From assembly GCA_963792965.1 (NCBI GenBank), contig CAWBYW010000016.1:256001-320000 (forward strand): a stretch of 64,000 bases of DNA. Direction: 5' to 3'. A program made the position numbers and the translations under genes. Every line of letters starts with the position of its first letter. Within the stretch, counting starts at the first letter, position 1. This document shows, one piece after another, positions 51,415-61,183 of the stretch. Source of the stretch: an uncultured delta proteobacterium (GTDB lineage: Bacteria > Desulfobacterota > Zymogenia > Zymogenales > Zymogenaceae). The notes below the pieces were generated by a model, which was given only the letters and a program-made list of their open reading frames with translations, was not told the origin of the DNA and made no database searches.

Positions 51415-52350
51415 TTACCAGCCGAGCTCGGCCCTTGGGTTAAAGGGGTTCTGGCCCTCAAAGTCACGCAGCAGCTTTTTGCTCGATTCCGAGATCTTTT
51501 CGGGGATGGCGATCTTAATGACGGCGTACATATCGCCTCTGCCGCCTCCTTTGAGGTGGGGGGCTCCCTTGCCGCGCAGCCGCAGCTTGCGCTCCCCCTG
51601 GGTCGTCTCGGGAATCGTAAGACGGGTGGGCCCGTCCACCGTGGGGATCGTCACCTGGGCGCCGAGGGCAGCCTCCGCTATGGTAATGGGGACGTCCACA
51701 TAGATATCATCGTCCTTGCGGGTAAAATAGGGATGCGGCCTGATTTTTGTGATGATATAGAGATCCCCCGGCGGGCCGCCCGCGCTCCCGGGGCCGCCCT
51801 TGCCCCTGAGCCGCACCTTTGAGCCTTCCTTGACGCCGGCGGGTATGGTCACGGTAAGATGCTCGGTCCCCGTATCGGTCCTCAAGGAAATACTCTTCGT
51901 GGTGCCTTTCACGGCCTCCATGAAGTCAAGCTCCATGGAGTAGGAGAGATCCTCGCCTTTTCGGGGCCGCTGGGCGTAGGCCCTCCTGCTTCCGGTGCCG
52001 AAGAGCTCCGAAAAGATATCGGAAAATGATCCGAAATCCTGCCCGCCGCCGGAAAAGTCGAAGCCCTCGAAGCCCCCGTCTCCGCTTTTCCAGGTCCATG
52101 CGCGCGGCCCCTGGCCGCCGCCCGGAGAGAAGGCCTGGTCGCCGAACTGGTCATACGTCCGTTTCTTTTCGGGGTCGGTGAGGACCTCGTAGGCCTCAGA
52201 GACCTCCTTGAACTTCTCTTCGGTGGTCGGATCCCCGGGGTTCATGTCGGGGTGGTATTTTCGGGCGAGTTTGCGATAAGCTTTCTTGATTTCTTCGACC
52301 GAGGCGCCACGGGAAAGCCCCAGCACCTCGTAGTAGTCCCGCTTTGCCAT
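51415..52350 (-). CDS. DnaJ-class (type II, CbpA-like) co-chaperone lacking zinc finger
   Basis: J-domain [20 protein letters not shown] region, C-terminal domains, no CxxCxGxG. Confidence 0.92.
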   Translation of the reverse strand: MAKRDYYEVLGLSRGASVEEIKKAYRKLARKYHPDMNPGDPTTEEKFKEVSEAYEVLTDPEKKRTYDQFGDQAFSPGGGQGPRAWTWKSGDGGFEGFDFSGGGQDFGSFSDIFSELFGTGSRRAYAQRPRKGEDLSYSMELDFMEAVKGTTKSISLRTDTGTEHLTVTIPAGVKEGSKVRLRGKGGPGSAGGPPGDLYIITKIRPHPYFTRKDDDIYVDVPITIAEAALGAQVTIPTVDGPTRLTIPETTQGERKLRLRGKGAPHLKGGGRGDMYAVIKIAIPEKISESSKKLLRDFEGQNPFNPRAELGW

Positions 52351-52387
52351 TGTGAGGGAAAACCTTTGCCTCTCTCGGAGGGGCTGT

Positions 52388-52837
52388 CTAAGTCTCTTTT
52401 ATCTCGATCTGTTTAGGCCGTGCTTCTTTCGTTTTGGGAATCACGATTTCCAAGAGTCCGTCCTTGAACGACGCGGTCACCTTATTCTGATCCACGGTAT
52501 GCGGGAGGGAGAAAGTGCGGGAAAAAGAACCGTACGACCGCTCAATCCGGTGGTAGTTCTCTTCCTTGACATCCTTTTCGAATTTTCGTTCGCCCCTCAG
52601 TATCAGGGTCGAATCCTTAATCTCGATCGAGACGTCGTTCTTGGTCAGTCCCGCCAATTCCGCTTTCAGGACGATAGAGCTGTCCGTCTCATAGATGTCG
52701 ACGGGTGGAGACCAGATACCGGTCGCGAGAGACTCCTCGAATACCTTGTTGCGTGACAGGCTGTCTTCGAAGAGGCGGTTCATCCTGTCCTGAAGGGAAA
52801 CCAGGTCACGGAACGGTTCCCATCTGACCAGAGCCAT
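52388..52837 (-). CDS. Small heat shock protein Hsp20
   Basis: [42 protein letters not shown]. Confidence 0.95.
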   Translation of the reverse strand: MALVRWEPFRDLVSLQDRMNRLFEDSLSRNKVFEESLATGIWSPPVDIYETDSSIVLKAELAGLTKNDVSIEIKDSTLILRGERKFEKDVKEENYHRIERSYGSFSRTFSLPHTVDQNKVTASFKDGLLEIVIPKTKEARPKQIEIKET

Positions 52838-52854
52838 GGGGCATACCTCCTTTG

Positions 52855-52924
52855 TATAAAGTCACAACTTTATATAATATCATCTTCTTGCTAATAATGT
52901 AAACAACTTTGGCGGCAAAGTCAA
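52855..52924 (-). promoter_or_regulatory. hsp20 promoter and 20-bp inverted repeat in leader
   Basis: Minus strand TTGACT(52924-19)-17 bp-TACATT(52901-896); TATAAAGT-CACA-ACTTTATA at 52855-52874. Confidence 0.6.
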
Positions 52925-53009
52925 GGGTGTGCCGGTTGGTTTTTTCTTGACTTCTGCCGTCCGGCGCGCTTTAATACGCGTCGTATGGACATACTTATTT
53001 GAGGACGTA

Positions 53010-53438
53010 ATGAAAAGATCTCTCGTGATTTTGGCCGTTCTTCTGGCCGTTGCGGCGCTGGCGGGCTGCGGATACCGGTCGCCGGAGAGGTGCCAGGAGG
53101 CCGTGTTCAAGGCAGTTTCGAACGACGACGCTAACGCGTTCTTTAAGTGCGTTCTCGCTCCTCCACAGGACGAAAAGGAGCGGGATGCGGTCTTTCAGTG
53201 GATCAGGGAGAACTATAAGCCGTACCTCGGCGGATCGATCATGAGCAAGAACGAGGTAAACGGGGTGGTTATCCTCAATATTTCGCCCTCACCGGACTAT
53301 ATCAGCATCTACGGGTCGGCCCTTGCACCGGCGCCGCTGGCGCTGGCCTTCGTCAAGGAAAAAGGGTACAAGCTCGATCTGGACTACACCGAGAAGATAA
53401 AGGAGCTTCACGAGATCTACAAGGGATTGATGCGATAG
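53010..53438 (+). CDS. Hypothetical lipoprotein
   Basis: MKRSLVILAVLLAVAALAGC lipobox; GAGGA RBS. Confidence 0.8.
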   Translation: MKRSLVILAVLLAVAALAGCGYRSPERCQEAVFKAVSNDDANAFFKCVLAPPQDEKERDAVFQWIRENYKPYLGGSIMSKNEVNGVVILNISPSPDYISIYGSALAPAPLALAFVKEKGYKLDLDYTEKIKELHEIYKGLMR

Positions 53439-53564
53439 CTGAGACCCAGAGAGATCCCTTTTCTCCGGAGCGCGGGCATCGAGCCGTGCACGGCGGACCG
53501 CCGGGGTGAACGGGCGGGACACCGCGTGGGTGAAAGGGGCCGGAAGATACCATAGGTAAGAAAG

Positions 53565-53592
53565 AACCCGATCATGAATGGTCGGGTTTTTT
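53565..53592 (+). terminator. Intrinsic terminator
   Basis: AACCCGATCA-TGAA-TGGTCGGGTT then T-run. Confidence 0.75.
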
Positions 53593-53888
53593 ATTTGGAA
53601 ATAATCGCGCCATTGCCGGCCGGCTTGTACAAAAATCTGAAAAGGCGCCACGGATGGACAATCAGGCGCCGGATACTATTTGACAGGGGAGAATTGTGTT
53701 ATACAATTTAATAAGAAAGATAGTTATTTTCAACCCAGTCGTTTCCCCTCGGATCAATGGAAACCGGGCGAGCCGTCGGATACTGGCACAGAGGGACTCG
53801 AGGCGCCCGGCGTCCACGCATGAGTACGCCGATTCCATGAAGCGGTCTCGAGCGGTAAAACGACGCCGTGAACGGCGGAGACAATGAT

Positions 53889-55490
53889 ATGAAAGATTCA
53901 CCACTGAGGACTTCGGATATAAAAGAAGCGATCCTTAACAGCATGCCGGAGTCCGTAATCTATCTGGATAGGGACAACAAGATCATCTGGGCCAACAGAC
54001 CTGCGTATGAATCGATCGGCACGCCGCCCGAGCGGCTCGTCGGAAGTCTGTGCCACGAGATACTGGCCGGAAGCGCGGATGCGTGCGTGGGATGTCCTGC
54101 GGCTGAGGCGCTTGCGACCGGAAGGCTCCACGAGGGTGAGATCACGACTCCCGACGGCAGGATATGGTCGGTCACGGCACACCCGGTCCGTGGAGACGGC
54201 GCCGGGATCGAAGGAATCGTGGAGGTCAGAAAGGACGTCACGGCGCAGAGGATCGCGGATGCTTCGCTCAGAGAAACAAAGGAGCTTTTCCGCCTTCTGG
54301 CGGAAAACGCCAGCGATCTGGTCTACCGGTTACGATTGTTGCCGACGAGGGGGTTTGACTACGTGAGCCGGGCCTCGACCGAGATTACGGGGTACACCCC
54401 GGATGAGCTCTATCTTAATGCGGACCTGTTCTTCAATAGCATAGACCCGAAAGACCGCCAACGGGTAAAGGCGGACCTCGAGAAAGGGCATTCCGGGGGA
54501 CGGACAACACAGTTCTCTTTGACGAAGAAGAATGGGGGCACGGTCTGGCTGGAGCAGCGTGTCGCCCCGATCCTGAACGAGGGTAATACGGTCATCGCGG
54601 TGGGCGGGATCGCGCGAGACATAACCGAAAGAAAGGACGCCGAAGATCGCCAAAGACTGATCGTTCAAATACTCGAAGTTCTCAACCAGGTAAGCCGGAA
54701 AAAAGACAGGATCATGCTCATCCTGCTGTTGATAAAGGAATACGTGGGTTTTGACGCAGTCGGGATACGCCTGAGAGAAGGCGATGATTTCCCCTACTAC
54801 GAAACGAGAGGATTTGAAGTGAGTTTCGTTGAGAGCGAGAAGTCCATTTGCGCTCGAACGAAGACGGGAGAGATAGTAACGGACTCACGCGGAAATCCCG
54901 CCCTTGAATGCCTGTGCGGCACCGTGATTTCCGGAGCGATCGATCATTCCCTCCCCTTCTATACGAGGAATGGGAGCTTCTGGACCAACAGCAAGCCCGA
55001 CCTGGACGCCCTGTCGAGAAAGGGCATCGTTCGGGGTCTCCGCGGGCGTTGTTTCACGGACGGGTATGAGTCTGTCGCATTAATTCCTCTTCGGTCCGAA
55101 AGCGGTATAATCGGTCTCCTCCAGCTCAACGACAGACGAAAGGAGATGGTCACGCCCGAGATGGTGAGCTTCCTGGAAGGTGTCGGGGCCACAATCGGTA
55201 TCGCATTTGAGCGCAACAGGATCGAGGAGGAGAGGGAAGGATTGATCGCGCGCCTGGAGGATTCTCTGGCCAAGGTCAAGGCCCTCTCGGGATTGCTGCC
55301 CATCTGTGCGAAGTGCAAGAAAATACGGGATGACAAGGGCTATTGGAGTAAGATGGAAAAGTATATCGGTGAACATGCCGATGTCAGCTTTACCCATGGT
55401 ATCTGCCCGGATTGCGAGAAAGAGCTCTCCCCTGGGCGCGCGAAAGAGGGTCGTGAAGCACAGGTAAAGGCGTCCGGGGCCAAGCCTTAG
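53889..55490 (+). CDS. PAS-PAS-GAF sensor with C-terminal Cys/His domain, no kinase
   Basis: PAS ends KDVT/RDIT, GAF GYESVALIPL..GLLQLND, tail LLPICAKCKKIRD..GYW...THGICPDC. Confidence 0.88.
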   Translation: MKDSPLRTSDIKEAILNSMPESVIYLDRDNKIIWANRPAYESIGTPPERLVGSLCHEILAGSADACVGCPAAEALATGRLHEGEITTPDGRIWSVTAHPVRGDGAGIEGIVEVRKDVTAQRIADASLRETKELFRLLAENASDLVYRLRLLPTRGFDYVSRASTEITGYTPDELYLNADLFFNSIDPKDRQRVKADLEKGHSGGRTTQFSLTKKNGGTVWLEQRVAPILNEGNTVIAVGGIARDITERKDAEDRQRLIVQILEVLNQVSRKKDRIMLILLLIKEYVGFDAVGIRLREGDDFPYYETRGFEVSFVESEKSICARTKTGEIVTDSRGNPALECLCGTVISGAIDHSLPFYTRNGSFWTNSKPDLDALSRKGIVRGLRGRCFTDGYESVALIPLRSESGIIGLLQLNDRRKEMVTPEMVSFLEGVGATIGIAFERNRIEEEREGLIARLEDSLAKVKALSGLLPICAKCKKIRDDKGYWSKMEKYIGEHADVSFTHGICPDCEKELSPGRAKEGREAQVKASGAKP

Positions 55491-55717
55491 GTGAATTGAT
55501 GTATCTCTTCGTTTCGCGTCCTCCCGACAGCTAAAGCCGGAGACATGGCAGGCAGAGACCCACAACGATCGGTGGAGGGCTCTCGTCGATGGAAAAGGAA
55601 AGGGAGTCAAACAGCGGGAGCCCGGATACGAGTTTTTGAAAAGATCGGAGCCCTCATCGGACAAGAAGTCGTGCGGATGCATTATTGCTCGGAGAAGGGG
55701 TCCATCGTGGTCCTGAT

Positions 55718-56095
55718 TTAGAACAGCACCCCGAAGAAAAAAAGGATCGCGGCGGTCAGAAATATCACGGGGCACAGCTGGTAGGCGATAAACGATACCC
55801 GCGCCCCGGTAAAAAGGCTCACGACCGCCATGACGACGAGCATGACTGCCGATATCTCGTAGACGACGTGTGATATCGGATCGTCGGCCCCGGCGGCCAT
55901 CGTCACCCCGAGCGCGAGTGCCCCGATGAAGCAGAGCGTCAGCCCCTCCATGATCCACTCCATCGTCACGACTCTCGTGTCGTCTATCGATTTCAGCTTA
56001 AAGCCCGTGACGACGCTCTTGGTGAAGATGAGATGGGCGATCCCCCAGAGGATCACTATGAGAGCACCGATAAAGACCAGTACCTGGTTGATCAT
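55718..56095 (-). CDS. Hypothetical 4-TM membrane protein
   Basis: WGIAHL..T..VV.GF, MEWI.EG, SLFTGAR, CP; four hydrophobic segments. Confidence 0.75.
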   Translation of the reverse strand: MINQVLVFIGALIVILWGIAHLIFTKSVVTGFKLKSIDDTRVVTMEWIMEGLTLCFIGALALGVTMAAGADDPISHVVYEISAVMLVVMAVVSLFTGARVSFIAYQLCPVIFLTAAILFFFGVLF

Positions 56096-56321
56096 AATAG
56101 TACCCCTATTTATACTTTTACCCATTGTGCGGCATGACGTCTTAAACGAGATCATATCAGCAAATAGGCCGAGCATAAAGAAAAATGTCTCGGTTCGCGT
56201 CCGCGGCTCCTCGGCCTCAGTTCTGTTCGTAGGCATACGGGGCGGCAAATCATAGAGAGGAATTATCTGTCGGTTTTGCCGGCTCGACTGTTAATAGAAG
56301 CACAGGGATCGCATTATCAAC

Positions 56322-56350
56322 TTGACTTCTCCGGTAAAGAGACGTATCAT
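56322..56350 (+). promoter_or_regulatory. Sigma70 promoter of outer-membrane protein gene
   Basis: TTGACT(56322-27)-17 bp-TATCAT(56345-50); AAGGAGG RBS at 56486-92. Confidence 0.65.
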
Positions 56351-56497
56351 TAAGATTCTCTAATACTCACCGTCGCGCCATTGTAAGGCGTGGCACAGAG
56401 TGTGTAACAGCTCGGTTCTTCACGTTAGACTCCCGGACCGTCCTTAATCGAAGGACGGCCCGCTTACATATCATATGATTCTTTTAAGGAGGACGTA

Positions 56498-58289
56498 ATG
56501 AAAGGAAGAAGGGTATCGCTTTTCCTTGCTTTTCTTGTTTTTTGATCTGCGGGCTTCGGACTGCTGGCGCCGCGCTTGCCCAGGACAGCCTCTACCTCGA
56601 GGAGCCCAACCTCTATAATGTGCCCAAGACACTGATGGTTCCCTCGGGGCAGATGTGGGCGCCGGAGTTGAGGGATAACCCGGCACTCATGAAACCCGAT
56701 AAAGACGTCGTGTTTCTTGCCAACCTCTCCTACCTGGGCGGCTACACAACCGTCGACCTGGACAGCGCCCTTACGATCGGCTCCCCTCTGCTGATCGGCT
56801 TTACGGGCGTCGCCTCCAGCTCCGGTGAGGAAACCTACGTCACCAACGGGGTGGCGGCCGACGCCGGCGTGATCCTGAAGACGTCGGACATGTCCCATTT
56901 CGGCGTCATGATGAAGTACCGCTGGCTCTCCACCACCATGGACGGCGACCAGTTCCAGAGCTTCAGTGCAGCGGCGGGGGCGTTGACGGGGAGCTTCTCT
57001 TCCTCGCTGGGCCGCGACATCACGGCCAACGACTTTTCCCTCGGGCTCTTCTATAACCTCGAGTTTTCCCGGGCCTTTGCCCTCGGGATGGGCTTCAAGT
57101 ACGGCTACGACAACGAAAAGAGCGACTATAACATGGTGGGAAGCGGGACTTCCACCAGTTTCGGACCCGAGTCCGCCAGCGTGAACCGTGAGTTGACGCT
57201 CACGTCTCACCGGTTTGCCCCCGTGTTCGGGGTCTCGGTGAAGCCGACCGATTCCCTTACCCTGGGCGCGTCCGTCGAGGCCGGGTTCGTCACGGGCGGC
57301 GTGGACAAGGATGACGTCCTGTTTGATAACGTTCCTATCGTGCCTGCTTTCCTGAACACCCACAGCGAGGTCCTGAAGTCGGGCGACCTTTCCGGGTGGG
57401 GACATCAAGACGGGCATTGACGTGACCTACGCCGTCTCGGACAAGCTGTCGTTCCCCTGTTTCGTGAATTTCCGCTACGGACATCTGAGATGGGACGTGG
57501 ACGGGACGGCGACGGGGATATTCTTCCCGTTCGTGCCCCTGGAGCTTGCCGCCATGCCGGGGCCCGTGGCCTATGAGAACGAGAACACCTGGTGGGACGT
57601 AGCTGCCGGCTTCGGCGCGAAATTTACCCTCGGCGGCATGGACATGAAGGCCACGGCCGCATATATCCACGTGAATTTCGACAACGACTACGACCAGAGC
57701 AACACCAACAACACCACTATCTTCGTCCCTGCCGGCGCGAGATCCGACTTCGAGGAGCACGTCTCGGAAACCCGGGACGTCATCAGCCTCGGGATCGCGG
57801 CCAAGAAGGACTTCACCCCGGCGCTGACCGGCGAGGTCGGGCTGCGATACGACCTCGGGTGGGGGACGATGGACCTCAACCGGGACTACCTGCCCGGGTT
57901 TAACTTTCTCGGGACTGTCCCGCTGCTTGGACTTCTCCTATTCCGACACGGCGTTTTACCAGAACCTGACGCTCAGCGCGAAGGCGCGGTACGCCCCCAC
58001 CGAGCGGCTCACGCTGTCGCTCGGGGCGAACGTGACCTTCCCGATCGACCCGCTCAACTACAACCTGGACGGAAGCGTCTCCGGGGTTGACAGCGGTATA
58101 CCGTTTGTTTCACCATCACGATTGCTGTATGATGGCCCGGCGGACCTCGGCTGCGACACGACCGACTGGCAGTACGGCGGCTTTTTGTCGCTCTCCTACA
58201 AGATCGGCATACCTGCGCCGGTGCCGCCCGCCGCGGCGCCCGAGGCCCCCAAGGTCTCTCCCCAGCTGACGCCGATGAGCAAGAACTAA
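56498..58289 (+). CDS. Putative outer-membrane beta-barrel protein, ~596 aa (indels near 56540, 57400, 57926)
   Basis: Signal peptide ending ALA/Q; many amphipathic strands with aromatic ends (LGMGFKYGY, LTLGASVEAG, GEVGLRYDLG, FLSLSYKIG) across four frames. Confidence 0.75.
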
Positions 58290-58308
58290 ACCCTATACCA
58301 TCCGGCAT

Positions 58309-58347
58309 AAAAAGAGCGGGGCGGCATTTGCCGCCCCGCTTTTATTT
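58309..58347. terminator. Bidirectional intrinsic terminator
   Basis: A-run, AGCGGGGCGGCA-TT-TGCCGCCCCGCT, T-run; lies between convergent genes. Confidence 0.88.
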
Positions 58348-58380
58348 CTATCTCTCCGTCCCGAAGGACTCGGACAGTTC

Positions 58381-59247
58381 TTACGCCTCCAAACCAAGCG
58401 CCCTGAGCACGCGCTCGTTGAAGAGCTCGGGCTTTTCCACAACGGGGTTATGGTAGCTTTCCGGGATCGAGACGATCGTGAGGTTCTTGAAGTAGGTATC
58501 GACGAGTTTTGAAAACTCGCCGATGGGGCCGAACGACTTGCCTCCCTGGACGTAGAAGACCGGAACGTCCGTTCGGTAGTTCTGCCGGTACAGCTCATAT
58601 CTTCCCTTGGAAAAACGATAGATGGCCCCGAGGAAATCGAGGGCGCTGTCTATCGAGGTGCGCTCGAAGCCCTCCCAGGTATAGAGCCAGCCGTTGTTTC
58701 CGTTGGACTGCTGCAGGGGCAGAAAGGAGTTGAGGAAGTTGAAGCCCGCCCCCGTCTTGAAGACCGCGCGGTAGAGGAGCTTATTGAATTTTGGTACCAG
58801 GAGCGGATAGAGATACTTCGGGAAATAGGCATGGACTTCAATGAGGATGAGCTTCTCGATCAGCTTGGGGTAGCGCTGGACGACCTCCATGGCAATGTTG
58901 CCGCCGAGGCAGTTGCCGATGAGCGTGATCCGGCCCAGCCGGAGCTTTTCGATATATTTCCTGCCGAGCTCGATGAAGTCCTCAAAGTTGAAGTGGGGAA
59001 GCGGCGTACTGCCCCCGTAGCCGGGCCATGCGGGGCGATAGACGGTGAAGTGGCGGGCGAAGGCCTCGTGACACATCCCGAAGGTATCTTCGTTGCCGAT
59101 CCAGCCGTGGTAAAAGACAAGCGGAGGCCCCGAGCCGCTGACCTTCGTCGAAATATTAAGGCCGTCGATCTCTGTCATCATGATCTCTTCGGTTGCTTTC
59201 TTCCGTCGAACAACGGGTGCCGATTTCTCTCTCAGACGCATTTCCAT
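58381..59247 (-). CDS. Alpha/beta hydrolase with Cys at nucleophile elbow
   Basis: GSGPPLVFYHGW, WPGYGGS, LIGNCLGG, KLILI, YHNP.VEKPE.FN. Confidence 0.85.
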   Translation of the reverse strand: MEMRLREKSAPVVRRKKATEEIMMTEIDGLNISTKVSGSGPPLVFYHGWIGNEDTFGMCHEAFARHFTVYRPAWPGYGGSTPLPHFNFEDFIELGRKYIEKLRLGRITLIGNCLGGNIAMEVVQRYPKLIEKLILIEVHAYFPKYLYPLLVPKFNKLLYRAVFKTGAGFNFLNSFLPLQQSNGNNGWLYTWEGFERTSIDSALDFLGAIYRFSKGRYELYRQNYRTDVPVFYVQGGKSFGPIGEFSKLVDTYFKNLTIVSIPESYHNPVVEKPELFNERVLRALGLEA

Positions 59248-59759
59248 GGCGCCACCCCTTTAGTCACAAAAAGGCGAAAAACGCTCTTAATCCCCATATC
59301 AGATAACGCCGGCAGTGTCAATCCATAATATTATAGTACATTATAAATTATACCATTTTACGGACAACGCGGCAACTTCTTTCAGCTCCCGGCTCGTATA
59401 CCCGGCAACGAAGATGCTCACGAAAGATACGGGAACGAGCGCTAAAAGTTCTCGGGATCTTCTCTCTTATCTTACATCGCCGCTCACTACGGTTTGGTGA
59501 GAGCCTCGACAGCCTCCTTTGCCCGCGTTCACGACGAGTATAACGGGAAGCGCGAAAGGCCGCCAGGGAGAAGGAAGACTGGGATACTCACCCCTCCCCG
59601 TGGCGCTCGATGCGGCCGGGCCGACGGGTCGTGCATTTTAGTGGAGAAAGGGGCGATTGTGCGGTCGAAAACGCCAGACGAAGACGAAAATGCTTGATAT
59701 CGGCTCATTCTTCTGGTATAAAAGCAAGGTTCCAATTTATTCAAAGTGAGGTGATACCC

Positions 59760-59858
59760 TTGGGCAGCGTGATCAAGAAACGTAGAAAAAAGATGAGGAA
59801 GCACAAATATAAAAAACTCAGAGCGAAGATGCGCCACAGACGTAGACGCGGTAGATAA
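59760..59858 (+). CDS. 30S ribosomal protein bS22 (AURKAIP1/COX24 family), 32 aa
   Basis: TTG start after GAGGTGA RBS: MGSVIKKRRKKMRKHKYKKLRAKMRHRRRRGR; upstream TTGATA-17-TATAAA promoter. Confidence 0.92.
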   Translation: MGSVIKKRRKKMRKHKYKKLRAKMRHRRRRGR

Positions 59859-59946
59859 GGATCGGGCTGGCGCTCTCAGAGTCTCAAAGACGAGGGGCTT
59901 TAGTAAGCGGTCGTGTACCCTTAAGCCCCCGTTTTGTTTTCGGCGG

Positions 59947-60486
59947 GTGCACGTGGAACAAAGACGACACGTCCTCATCACGGGATTTCCCGGGACGGGA
60001 AAAACGACGCTGATCTCGTCGCTTATCGGGCGGCTTCCGGGGACGCGGACGGGATTTATCACGCGCGAGGTGCGCACGGCCGGGGTCAGGAAAGGGTTCA
60101 CCATCGAGACGCTTGAGGGCGTGACGGCGCCCCTGGCCGACGATGCACCGGGCGGCTCACGGCGTGTGGGAAAATATCGCGTCCTGACCGAGCATATCGA
60201 TGGCGTGGCCGTCCCGGCCATCCGCGCGAAGGCGGATTTCATCGTCATCGATGAGATCGGTAAGATGGAGACCGTCTCGGAAGAATTTGTGCGTGCGCTT
60301 CAATCGGCCTTGGACGGCCGGTCTACGGTCGTCGCCACCATCGCGATGAAAGGAGGCCCCGTCATCGAGACGATAAAGGCGCGGCCGGACGTAAAGATCT
60401 TCGAGGTAACGCGCGAGAACCGGGATACTCTCGGCGATCTCATTATCGCCGATATCGTGACCCGTCGTGCGACGGGGGCTACGTGA
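59947..60486 (+). CDS. Nucleoside-triphosphatase, THEP1 family
   Basis: ITGFPGTGKTTL, GF.T.EVR..G.R.GF, RVGKY.V, IVIDEIGKME, TRENRD. Confidence 0.9.
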   Translation: MHVEQRRHVLITGFPGTGKTTLISSLIGRLPGTRTGFITREVRTAGVRKGFTIETLEGVTAPLADDAPGGSRRVGKYRVLTEHIDGVAVPAIRAKADFIVIDEIGKMETVSEEFVRALQSALDGRSTVVATIAMKGGPVIETIKARPDVKIFEVTRENRDTLGDLIIADIVTRRATGAT

Positions 60487-60595
60487 TGATCTGTTTCGCG
60501 TACGCCGAAAGCGGGGGCATCGGTCACGGGGGGCCGGCATATCTTTTCCAACGACTGGTGTGGTAGAGGGCGGGCGCGCCTCACTATGACGGACC

Positions 60596-61183
60596 ATGAA
60601 GATAATCAAGGCGGAATATATCAAAAGCGCGACAGGCGCCGCGGACTACCCGAAAAGCCCCCTTCCCCAGATCGCCCTGGCCGGCCGCTCCAACGTGGGC
60701 AAATCTTCCCTCATCAACTGCCTCGTCGAGCGAAAAGGACTTGCCAAGATATCATCGACCCCCGGGAAAACCCGCACGATCAACTTCTTTAACATCAATG
60801 ACCGGATCATTCTCGTGGACCTGCCCGGCTACGGCTACGCGCGGGTTCCCAAGGAGATGAGACTATCCTGGCGGCCGATGGTGGAGCGCTACTTCGCCAG
60901 TTGTGAGACGCTGGTGCTCGTCGTCATCATCATCGATATCAGACGTGGACCCGAGAACGAGGAGATATCCCTCTACTCATGGCTGTCCGGGCGTGGGATA
61001 CGGTCCATCTTCGCGGCGACGAAGGCCGATAAGGAAAAAAAGGCGGCGGTGCAGGGAAGGATCTCCGCGATCACCGCGGCGCTCGGGGCGCCGCCTGAGG
61101 ATGTCGTCCTCTTTTCGGCCAGGACGAAGATGGGAAGGGACCTCCTCTGGTCCCGAATCCGGGAGGCCGCCGGTGCCTCATAA
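60596..61183 (+). CDS. engB: GTP-binding protein EngB (YihA/YsxC)
   Basis: GRSNVGKSSLIN, SSTPGKT, VDLPGYGY, TKADK. Confidence 0.96.
   Translation: MKIIKAEYIKSATGAADYPKSPLPQIALAGRSNVGKSSLINCLVERKGLAKISSTPGKTRTINFFNINDRIILVDLPGYGYARVPKEMRLSWRPMVERYFASCETLVLVVIIIDIRRGPENEEISLYSWLSGRGIRSIFAATKADKEKKAAVQGRISAITAALGAPPEDVVLFSARTKMGRDLLWSRIREAAGAS

Noticed and set aside
56351-56497. Riboswitch (c-di-GMP, cobalamin) upstream of the OMP
   Set aside because: None of the conserved cores is recognisable; only generic hairpins.
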